64,000 nucleotides of DNA, taken from assembly GCF_006345805.1 (NCBI RefSeq), contig NC_043005.1, forward strand, positions 84,382,001 through 84,446,000, in the 5' to 3' direction. A model generated the notes under the pieces. It was not told where the DNA came from. It did no database searches and saw only the letters and a program-made list of their open reading frames with translations. Below are positions 40,581-52,685 of this stretch, piece after piece. The translations under genes were made by a program, and so were the position numbers. Source of the DNA: Octopus sinensis. Its lineage: Eukaryota. Positions within the stretch are counted from its first letter, which is position 1; every line of letters begins with the position of its first letter.

Positions 40581-41825
40581 TATCTCACTATTTAGTTTAT
40601 CTTTATATATATCTTTATATATATTCTATGCTGATGTAAGACAGCATGTTCTTTGTCTATCTCCTTAACTTCTTGGAGATTTTAGGTATAATTATACTAA
40701 TGTGTCCATCTGTTCTAATTTAATTAAATTCTATGTCTTTGTGCAGCTGAAGATTGCTCTGCATTTTAAATTGATGTAATGATTGCTTTGTTCAATTAAA
40801 TGGAGTTGCATGAAACGATCGTACTGCATTACCTCTGGATATCCTTGTTAGCAAGACAGTTTATAAATCAGTGATATTATCACATGCGTGCTTGTGTGCT
40901 TAATCCATTATGGTTTAGGAATTGTAGTCTGATTTTATTTTCTGTAACTTAACAGTTTGACAAATAAAAACCAATAAATAAGAACCATACAGTAAAAGAT
41001 ACTAAAGTTAATATAAACAACTAAAACCCTTCAAGGTGGTACTCCTGCATGGCCTGCAACCCAATGACTGAAACCAGTTTGAGAAAGGCTACATATGGAT
41101 ATACACTAACACACACATATGTATGTATATTATGTGTGTGTGTGTATACATACATACATACATACATATATATATATAAAGAAAATAAACATAATGAGTC
41201 AGGAGAAAATATATAAAACATATATAAAAAACCTTTAGATAAATATGAAAGACAAAATTATGTGTGTTTGTATACATAAATGTATGTCTCTATATGTATG
41301 CATGTGTGTATACATATATATATAATATACATACATACACATGTTTATATGTACATACACCAACGTGTGTATATACATATATATATACATATGCACATAA
41401 ACACACACACATATATATATATATATGTATATATATATACATGACTAAAGTAAACAGATAGAAATTTCCAGACCACACCCTGCTAATAGATAATTTTAAC
41501 CCTTTGGAGACTTAATGCCTACTGATATTGCAACGGTAAATAAAGAAGACAGAACTGTTTTATATAAGTTATACAAACATCAGGGAATGTCTGCTTGAAA
41601 CATTATTTCGAAATATTAGTTGCAAACATGATTTGGCAAAACCGTAAACAGCAATAAATTTTTTAGTGAAAAATAAGTATTATCACACTTTATCAGCTAT
41701 TAATCCTTTGGAGATGAAACCCTTCAATATTCCACTTTTTATGAGATATAAAATGAATAAAGGTATTTATTAACCAAAGTATATACATATCAAAAGAACA
41801 TGAATTTCCGCTAGAGTGTGCATCT

Positions 41826-41833
41826 GCATATAT

Positions 41834-41892
<59 letters not shown>

Positions 41893-42333
41893 CATCTATA
41901 TATACATACATACTATATATATATATATATATATACATACATCTATATATATACATACATACATATATATATATACATACATACATATATATATACATAC
42001 ATATATATATATATACATACATATATATATATATACATACATACATAATATATATATACATACATACATATATATATACATACATACATATATATATACA
42101 TACATACATATATATATACATACATATATATATATACATACATACATATATATACATACATACATATATATATATACATACATACATATATATATATACA
42201 TACATACATATATATACATACATACATATATATATATATATACATACATACATACATATATATACATACATACATATATATATATATAGATACATATATA
42301 TATATATACATACATACATATATATATACATAC

Positions 42334-42367
<34 letters not shown>

Positions 42368-42486
42368 ACATACATACATACATACATATATATATATACA
42401 TACATACATATATATATATACATACATACATATATATATACATACATACATATATATATACATACATACATATATATATACATACA

Positions 42487-42526
<40 letters not shown>

Positions 42527-42620
42527 ATATACATACATATATATATATATACATACATACATATATATATATACATACATACATATATATATATACATAC
42601 TTACATATATATATATATTT
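41826..42620. repeat. ~800-bp compound (TA)n/(TACA)n microsatellite
   Basis: Directly visible; source of the 334/226/213-aa spurious ORFs. Confidence 0.97.
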
Positions 42621-43205
42621 ATGTATGTATATATAAAACTTTCACATGAGCACACACACACACAAACACGTACACACACACACAAACACACACACATATG
42701 AATGTTTTTATGCCAAGTTATATATAAAAGAAAATTATGTAGAACTGACGGATGCTCTTTATACCGTTTAGTAGATTAAATATACTGTAACTTTTACAAA
42801 CAAAGGCTGACAGTGACTTCGAAATTTCCACTGACTTGCCTTTGTCAGACTGTTTGGTGAAGGTGAGTGAGACAAAACTTTGAAGCCACAGTCAACTTTT
42901 TCCTTGTTACAACATCATCATTATGGTTTAACTTCCACTTTTCCACACCTGCATGTGTCAGGTGGAACATAAGGTAGATATTCTGTCGCCCTGATGTTCT
43001 TCTTGTCACCAGTTCTCATCTGTAGCCAAGGAAGGTAATATCTCTCCATGGGTGGACAGATTTTCATCGAAGGAAAGAAGCAATGGACAACACTTATGTG
43101 AGGGTGATGCTTGTTTACGACTTATGTGAGGTCATGACATGAAGACCCACCCCCCAGCCACACGCACACTTATTTATATATGTGTGCATGTAGACATTTG
43201 TGTTT

Positions 43206-43417
43206 GAGCTGGCAGAAACGTTTGCACGCCGGGCGAAATCCTTAGCAGCATTTCGTCTGTCTTTACGTTCTGAATTCAAACCTCTCCGAGGTCGACTTTG
43301 CCTTTCATCCTTTTGGGGTCGATAAATTAAGTACCAGTTGTGCACTGGGGTCGATCTAATCAACTGGCCCCCTCCCCCAAAATTTCAGGCCTTGCGCCTA
43401 GAGTAGAAAAGAATATT
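43206..43417 (+). mobile_element. Near full-length tRNA-derived SINE (family B)
   Basis: GAGCTGGCAGAAACG..GAATTCAAAC head; central GTCGACTTTGCCTTTCATCC..GGGGTCGATAAATTAAGTACCAG domain (Nin/Meta-like, assignment from memory); other copies near 15712, 20487, 24380, 25945, 28495, 29085 and 50770. Confidence 0.8.
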
Positions 43418-46194
43418 TGTGGTCTATGAAAGTTGATTGTTATAAATTTTGATATCACTTCTGACAACAAATCATTCATTCATTTTGAACTTTAATTGTT
43501 AGTGACAGGAAGAGTATCCTGTTGCGAAACAATTCCTCAATGATGTATACATCTAACCCATGCAAGCATGGAAAAATGGATGCAAATGATTGAATGATAG
43601 AAGGAGAGAAAAGAGGCAAAAAAACGTGTTTTGATTCTTGGTTGCCTCTTTTTTTAATCTTAGTTGAATTTGCCTGTCTGTCAGCCGATGATGTCAATGA
43701 AATACCAAACAAAATACTGGGTCTAATATAATTGTTACAGCATCATCATTATGGTTTAACTTCCACTTTTCCACACCTGCATGTGTCAGATGGAATGTAA
43801 GGTAGATTTCCTGTCGCCCTGATGTTCTTCTTGTTACCAATCCTCATCTGTAGCCAAGGAAGGTAATATCTATATAATTGGCTAAAACATTTGAGTGTGG
43901 TGCTCCAGCATGGCAACTGTGCAATGACTGTAACAAGTCAAAGAATAAAACAACTATCAGCTAATTTAATCTTTAAATCTATTTAATGAGATGTGAAATT
44001 TAGTTGTTTGCAGACAATGTTTGTCTCTGGATTGTTTCTACGCTAAATATACTGACAGACATATTTTGACAAGATAAAATGTTAATAATTGTTTTATTAT
44101 TTAGTATTTTGCTTAAGAAAAAAATAAATAAACTCCATCTGGAATCAAAGTGACAAACAAAAAGAAATAAATTCTGTAAAAAGAACCACTTCTGTCTCCT
44201 TTTTAGCACAAAACTGGCAGGCAGATGAAGGTTAAGCAAATAATGATGTTGTCAAGACAAATAAGCAAAAAGGGCTGTTATTTATCAAAGGAAAGGGGTT
44301 AGGATTGATTGTATCAACTCGTAAAATATTAGAGATTTCTTGCTGGAAGGATGAAACAAAACACTGCAAAATCATTTAGTCTGTTGCTTTGATGATATTT
44401 CTGCAAACTTACTTGCTAAGTGGAACAACTAAAAAATAAACAGACGAGTCACGTATTTATTTTCACCCCATTCTCACCAAGCAGTTTCCCTAACCTCTCT
44501 GTTTTTGTACCTTGAGGGTCTGTTCTGACACCTCATCACCATCATTATTATCTCTCTTTCCAGCTTCATGCCCTTTACTTCCATCCAACCTTATATTATG
44601 TGGGGTAGCCATGTATCTCCTCTGCAGTAACAAACCTCTTCTTGTCTGTCTGTCTATCATACTTTCTATCACATAGGGCTACCTTTCTTTTCCTGTCTCT
44701 CTCCTGTACTCCAATACAATCAAGGGATCTTTTTTTAGCCTTGCAAGGTACTTGTTAAACCTCTGTAGTGTTGTGGTCCCACAAAAAGCACCCAGCACAC
44801 GCTATAAAATGGTTGGGGTTAGGAAAAGTATCCAGGTGTAGAAACAGTGCCAAAATAGTCACTGGAATCCAACACAATCTTCTGACTTATGTCCTGTTGA
44901 TTCATCTAACCTATGCCATCATGGGAAGCAGATTTTAAATGATGATGATGATGACAAAAGAGAGATCTAATGTTTACCAAGTGGCTGTGTGGATAAACAC
45001 CAAAAGCTATCCAAAATTATTGGTGAGTAGATTGTATCCATTGATTTGTAAGCAACCACAAGGTATCATAGCATGGTACCTACCATGTCATTATAATTCG
45101 TGGTGAAAATAGTTAACTATTTGATTCAAGTGGTTTTGGTGAATTCACAGCCCTCGAGTTTACCTCTAAATGGTCTCATATGATCGATGTATCAATAATA
45201 TGCTTATGCCTTCATTTTAGCTGTCATAGATGCCATCATCATCATTTAACGTCTACTGTTCCATGCTTGTATGGGTCAGGTGAAATTCATTGAGGCAGAT
45301 TTTCTATGGCCTGATGCCCTTCCTGTTACCAAGCCTCACCTGTAATATTTCCCTCTGGCCAGACAGGTTTTTCAGGCAGGCAAGAAATGAACAACACTGC
45401 TTGTATGATGATGATGCTCATTTACAACCATCACATGATGTCAAAACACATATACACACAGGCATATAACAGGATTCTTTCAGTTTCTGTCTATTAAATT
45501 AACTCACAAGGCTTTGGTTAGCTTAGGTCTATAGTAGAAGACACTTGCCTAAGGTGCCACACACTGGGATTGTTTTTGAAACTGCATGGTTAAGAAGCAA
45601 ACTTCTTAAGCACACAGCTATATACAAATGTGTTGATATTTCCTCTCATTCACTGCAGACATTCAGATATGTAAACGGTGTGTTGATCTGCTATGAATGT
45701 GTTAACATGTTAACTGTGTTCATGTATTAACAATGTGTCTACTTTCACTTTCGCTATGTCGCATGTATTATTAACATGTCTCCACTATCCCTTTAGAGCC
45801 AGTTAGATGTATTAATGGTGTCTTTTACCTTTTACTTCTCTTGCTACTACTCCACATATGACTTAACAATGCTGGAATATAAGAAGATTCAGGGTATTCA
45901 GGAGGATTATCCCAGCTTTGGAAAAATTAAAAGATTAAAAAACATTTTCTATTGGAAAGAATACCAGCCATTCATGGTTTTTGATAATTTCCATTATGCT
46001 TTAATACATGTCTTAGACACTCTTGGTAAGGAATTTTTTGAATATTCTGATGTTCTGCCAATACAGGGTCTACGTTTTAAATGACACATCCTTCATAAGC
46101 AAAGAATTCAATATACAATCATAGTATCCAACTAATAGCAACAAAATATACATTAAACAGTTATCATAGTCCTTCCTCATAGTTCTCAAGATCA

Positions 46195-46600
46195 TCATCG
46201 TTTAACATCCGTTTTCTGTGCTAGCATGGGTTGGATGGTTCGACTGGGATCTGGGAATCCAGGATGCTGCACCAGGCTCCAGTCTGATCTGGCAGTGTTT
46301 CTACAGCTGGATGCCCTTCCTAATGCCAACCACTCCGTGAGTGTAGTGGGTGCTTTTTATGTGCCACCTGCACAGGTGCCAGACAAGGCTAGCAAACAGC
46401 CATGATCAGTTGGTGCTTTTTACGTGCCACCGGCACAGAAGCCAGTCGGGGCGGTGCTGGCATTGGCCACATTCGAACGGTGCTTATAACATGCCAACGG
46501 CACAGGTATCACAACTACAATTTCCATTTGATATTCATTTTGATGTTGATATACTTGACTCAATAGGTCTCCTCAAGCACAGCAGGTCATGTGCCAGCGG
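46195..46600 (-). mobile_element. RTE 3'UTR fragment
   Basis: Reverse complement of the same terminus. Confidence 0.8.
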
Positions 46601-47429
46601 CACAGAAGCCAATGAAGGCGGCACGGGCATGTATTAAATAATTCTCTAGGAGAACTATTTAATACATCTTCAATTGAATGGCCTTTGTACTTTGTTTAAG
46701 ATTGGCCTTGAAACATCAGGATTGTCATTATCATCATTTTAATGTCCATTTTTCTATGGTTTAAGTATATGGGAACATATTTTACAGCTGGATGCTCTTC
46801 CTGTTGTCAAACCTTTACCTGGTTTCAAGCAAGGCAATATTTCCCCCTTGACCAGACATGTTTCTGTAGGATATTGGAAACAGATGACACTGCTTGTATG
46901 ACAGTGACACTCATTTACAGCTATCACATAATTTCACGACAAGGAGATACACACACACACACACACATACACACATATACACATAAATATATACATACAT
47001 ATAGAAACAGATATGTATAAGTATACACACACACACATACACACACACACACATACACACACACACACATACAAATGACAGGCTTATTTTAGTTACTGAA
47101 CCACCTCACCAGACTTTGGTTGGTTTGGGTCTCAATTAGAAGACACTTGCTCAAGGTGCCATGCAGTGGGACTGAACCTAAGACCATGTAGATAGGAAGA
47201 GCCACAGACCTTGATTTCATAAAAATAATGTCAGATTGCGAGCAAACAACACCGGTTGTATGACAGTGATATTTGTTTACAATTAGCATGTGATGTCAAG
47301 TCTAGGAAACACACAGACTCACATGCATAAGCACGTACCCACACACACATGCTCACATGCATGTAATCCACCACACACATACACACGCACACATGCATGT
47401 AATCTACCACACACACACAATTTTGGTGT

Positions 47430-48030
47430 TTACTTGACTTGACTTGAGACAGCATTCACCCAGGGTGGGTTGAGCTGGCTTCATTCATCCTCAATGCTGC
47501 TTCTCTCACAAACGTCAACCAAACCTGGCGATTTGAGGCTAATGACCGCATGATCTCCAACCACTCCCTATTCCAGCAGCGAACGCCGTAGATATGGGGG
47601 CCTAGGTTGGGTTCCAGATCAGCCTTGACTGTCATCAGCCAGGTTTTTCGTTGTCCTCCACATCACTTTCGCCAACCCTGAAGGGGAGCTGGGGCAATTG
47701 CTTCATAGATGAATTCTCCTGGTTGACAACGGAGAGCATGACCCAGCCAACGCAGACATCTCGTTAGGATGACTTATTGGAGGGAGGTGATTTTGCACTG
47801 GTGTCGCACCAAATTGTTGGAGACAAAGTGATGCCATTGGACACAAACGATGCGGCATAGACAGAGGTGATCGAAAGATTCTAGTCGCTTAATATCTTCC
47901 CCCCTCATTGGCCATGACTCACTGTCATAAAGGAAAATCGTTCGCACTAGTGCTTGGTAGTTCCGTACTTTGGTGGTGCGTCGGATCTCAGATCAATTTT
48001 GGTGTTTGCTAAGCTGCTTAAAGCTTCTGC
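47430..48030 (-). pseudogene. RTE-clade RT C-terminal region from a second family, (CAAGT)n tail
   Basis: RTIFLYDSESWPM..RLESFDH..RCLRWLGHALR..GGQRKTWLMTVKADL..; stop near 47456 followed by TCAAGTCAAGTCAAGT. Confidence 0.85.
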
Positions 48031-48418
48031 TAACCAAATTTATTAAAAAGACTTGGCTTGGCCCAAAGTCATCATAAAAGACACTTGCACATTACACTGT
48101 GCAGTGGAACTGAACCTGAAACCAAATGATCAGGATGTGAACTTCTTAACCACACAGCCAAGTCTCAATCCTCACACACAAACACACATTGACACTATCT
48201 CTGTATTGAGGACTTGTTCTCTTGTTTGTAATTCAAACACACTTACACATACACACGTGTGTGTGTAGGTGTGAGTATACATAGATAAACACACATATAT
48301 GCATGTGTGTATAAACACGCACACTTACAAAAGTGAGGGTGTAAATGAATATATTACATACATAAATACAGATGTGCATATAAATACTTATATACATACA
48401 TTATAGATGTATATATAA

Positions 48419-48457
<39 letters not shown>

Positions 48458-48459
<2 letters not shown>

Positions 48460-48814
48460 CTCTTTTACTTGTTTCAGTCATTTGACTGTAGCCATGCTGG
48501 AGCACCACCTTTAGTTGAGCAAATCAACCCCAGGACTTATTCTTTGTAAGCCTAGTACTTATTCTATCGGTCTCTTTTGCTGAACCACTAAGTTACAGGG
48601 ACATAAACACACAAACACACATATATATACATATATATATATACTTATATACGACAGTCTTCTTTCAGTTTCGGTCTACCAAATTCACTCACAAGGCTTT
48701 GGTTGGCCCGAGGCTATAGTAGAAGACATTTGCCCAAGGTGCCATGCAGTGGGACTGAACCCGGAACCATGTGGTTGGTAAGCAAGCTACTTAACAGACA
48801 GCCACTCCTACACC
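48458..48814 (-). mobile_element. CORE-type SINE (family A)
   Basis: Near full-length reverse-complement copy. Confidence 0.85.
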
Positions 48815-49809
48815 TATATATATATATATATATACATATATGTATATAAACACAGATGTGTTTATAAATATACATTTTACACACACAGACACACACAGAC
48901 CACACACACACGTGATGTGTGTTGGTGTATCAGTTATATCCAGAGCCCAGTAACTACAGATGTAACATGTAAAAAGACTTCCCAGTAGCTCGTTTCTCTG
49001 ATTTCGGTTAATTGTTGAATGAAAGATGTTTGTAGTGTCTGCAGGTGGTAGGTAAGTAAGTTCTAGGCTACAATGAGACTAGGCTTGTGAGCAAATACCC
49101 TAACCTACTTAAAATAACTAATTTCTTTTGACTTTTCATCGCTGCTGGGTTTCTGGTGGCAAAGCTTCTCAGCACCCATTCACTGACTCCAAAGTGTACA
49201 TATGCTTTTACATACCAACATGTACACACACACACACACATGAAATGAAACAAGAAAGCCATGGAGTACAGTTTCCATAATCTTATATTATTTATTATAT
49301 TATTTGGCTTTCTTAATAAATTGTTTACACAGAATATAGTTGAGATTTTGGCATTAAAATGCCCTATTCAAAGCTTGAGAAATCATTACAAACAAATAAA
49401 CAAATGAGACATTATTAAGAGACTGTAGATACTTTTAGCTATAAGCTATGTAAACAATTAATTACAGATGCATACTGTGCATGCATATATATATATACAA
49501 ATATATATATTCTTATATATATATTGGCTAACTCTGATGAGTATAAGGTTATATAATTGGATTGTTACCTCGCACTTCATTGTATTCTTGATGTGAAACC
49601 AATTGGTAAGGTCAGCTGTGATGAATATTTAATACTATACATTTCAGATAATATAACATCTCTACTGACAGATATACAAATGCGTCTTTTCCCTGACTTA
49701 TGGTCCCTTAGATGACTCATGAATGTATATATATATATAAGAAGTATTGGTATCTAGAAGACCCCTATTTTGAACTCTAATATTTACCTCTATTTAACCA
49801 TCTCTTATT

Positions 49810-49857
49810 GTCTCTGATGAAGGGATATCCATGATATCCCAGAAACAGCTGCAAGAC
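49810..49857 (+). ncRNA. Minimal type-I hammerhead motif with palindromic helix III (one mutation)
   Basis: GUCU-CUGAUGA-A-GGGAUAU-ccaug-AUAUCCC-A-GAA-ACAGCUG[C]-A-AGAC; U16.1 is C here. Confidence 0.7.
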
Positions 49858-51087
49858 TATATCTTTATCTTTTTCCTTATAAATGTCCTGAAAACTCCTC
49901 ACAGCCTTGGCTTTTGTTATCTCATTTTGTCTAATACACACACACACACACATATATATGTATACATAAACAACACAGACAAATGTTTGTGTGTGTATGT
50001 ATATATATTATGGTATTGACCAGACTATCAGATGCTGTTATGCATCGCTGGTCACAATGCACTTTGCCTTGATTTTGTTTTCAAATGACACCGGTCTGCT
50101 GGCTCAGCCAGCAGGGCAACATTCCCTCTTATTGGAAGGCTGGTCTGTTACAGGGTGACCCATTGGCAGACAAGTGGACTGGAGCAATGTGAAATGAAGT
50201 GTTTTGCACAACATGCGACCTGGTCTGGGAACCCTACCTATAATCTAGTGATTGTGAGTGCAACACCGTAAACGCTAGGCCACACACACACACTAAAAAA
50301 AAATTTATGAGACACAAACATAACTAACATTTACAAAACCTAAGTCTCATGCAAAACATTGTATCTACCCTTTTGATATCTGCCCACCTGAGATTGTTTC
50401 CGGTTCTCTGATACAAACTTCTTGTTTTAAAGTGATTCAAATTACAATTTTCATCAAAATTCAAAGTTAATTTATGCTCAGAACACCAGTGTAATAATGA
50501 CAATTATTTTGTGAAATTCTCCTTCATTTTCAAAATAATCCAAAGACAGAATATTTCAACAGAAATATGGCAACAAAAGGGTTATAGTGATTTAAATAAA
50601 CCTCCCATCAAAGTTCCATGTTAATTTATGTTAATTCATGTTACTAAATACAAACTTAATAATGATAAAAATCTTTCCCTAAATTCTTCTTATTTTCAAA
50701 ATAAATTCACACAAAGGCAGTAACGAAGGATTAAACATATTAAAAAAAAACTTTATCAAGATTAAACTACTGATTTCAAATTTTAGCACAAGGACAGCAA
50801 TATTGAGGGACTACTTCAATCCTAGTACACACCTGATACTTGTTCTATCAATGCCAAAATACTGCAGCAGAATTTGAACTCAGAACATAAAGACAGACGA
50901 AATGCCACTAAGCATATCACCTGGTGTGCTAATGATTCTCTCAACTTGCTGCCTCTATTGAGATTAAAATAATGGTTTCAAACTTTGTCACAAAGCCAGT
51001 AATTTCAGGAGAAGGGTAAGCCAATTACATCACCCCTGGTGCTTAACTGGTACTTATTTTATCGACCCCGAAAGGATGAAAGGCAAA

Positions 51088-51397
51088 TTATTTACACTAT
51101 TTACTTTTCACAGATATTTGTCCTCGTCTTGTTTGTTGTTAACACAACATTTCGGCTGATATACCCTCCAGCCTTCATCATGTGTCTTGGGGAAATTTCA
51201 AACCTGGGTTCTCATTCCTGAAGTATTTTTCGATGTTATTACTATTATTATTATTCAGGTTACTGCCTGGAATTGAACTCAGAATCTTGGGGTTAATAGC
51301 CCATGCTCTTAACCACTACACCATATGCCTGTGGCATAATGGTTAAGAGCACAGGCTACTAACCCCATGATTCAGAGTTCGATTCCAGGCAGTCACT

Positions 51398-51439
<42 letters not shown>

Positions 51440-51614
51440 TTGAAAATACCTTAGGAATGAGAACCCCGGTTCGAAATTTCCCCAAGACACCTGATGAAGG
51501 CTGGAGGGTATATCAGTTGAAACATGTTAACAACAAACAAAATGAGGACAAATATAAATATGTAAATAATGTAAATAATGTACATAGTTCCTCATCCCTT
51601 AAATATAGAACTGT
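51088..51614. mobile_element. Palindromic tRNA-head/hammerhead-tail retroelement, copy 1
   Basis: Two inverted arms around about 51330; TSD ATGAAAGGCAAA at 51076-51087 and 51615-51626, splitting a family-B SINE. Confidence 0.85.
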
Positions 51615-52633
51615 ATGAAAGGCAAAGTCGACCACGATGGAATATGAACACAGAACTTAAAGATGGATGCAATGCCACTAAGCATTTCACTTAATGTGCT
51701 AACCATTCTGCTAGTTTGTCTCTTTTATCGAGATATTGATAGGACATTGTGTTTATCACTAAGCCGAAACATGAACAAGCGACATACCAAGATTCAATAG
51801 AATTTCATTAAGTGCTTACCTTCGTTAGAAATCTCCACAAAAATTTAACATCGAGGGTATTAGTCCATTCAAAGATCTAAAATGTCACAAACTGGTTGGA
51901 ACAGTCGAAGAAAATACGGACAATAAATGACTGTGCTAAATTAAGATGTGCTTAATTAAAATAACTTCTGGTTTGTTTTCCTTTTTGCAAAACAAAGTGA
52001 CGGGTGGCATCGGTAAAGCGGCTTTTAGTAAAAGAGGCTGCTGAACTATAAATAGTTCTTCACCATTGATATAGAGGTCCTCTTGTTAGTAGTTTGTAGA
52101 ATCAGATTTTGGTCCTGGTACCAAAAGTTGTTTTACTTCACTGTTTTGGTTCTCTTATATGTTAACTAACCCCCAAGAATGGCAACCTTTGTCCAGTTGG
52201 CACCATTTACGGAATATTATTCAAGCAGTTTTATCTCTGATCTATAAATGCAATAATCACTTTGAAATATTCCAGGACTCTTTTGAAAGTAAACAGAATT
52301 AAACAAGACACACATGTTCAAGACTTCTCTTTGAATTAAAATGTGTGTAGACATACACATGCATGCGCGCACACACACACACACACATAGATACATAGTT
52401 AATTATATACATACATTCATATATATATATATATATATAGTATGCGTGTGTATATATATGTATATATACATATGTATATATGTGTGTGTATAAGAATATA
52501 TATATATATAAAACTTAGTTGACCTCTAAACAGATGGTAGTATGTTGATGTTGATACAACATTGGTTTATATGTGTGTGTGTGTGTATGTGTGTGTGCAA
52601 TAAGCATATCTATGAAATTATTATTATTATTAT

Positions 52634-52685
<52 letters not shown>

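Noticed and set aside
41693-42697. 334-, 226-, 213- and 157-aa ORFs
   Set aside because: Read-through of the (TA)/(TACA) microsatellite.
51304-51395. Functional tRNA genes
   Set aside because: The tRNA-like heads lack a paired acceptor stem and run into the element body; they are SINE-type promoters.
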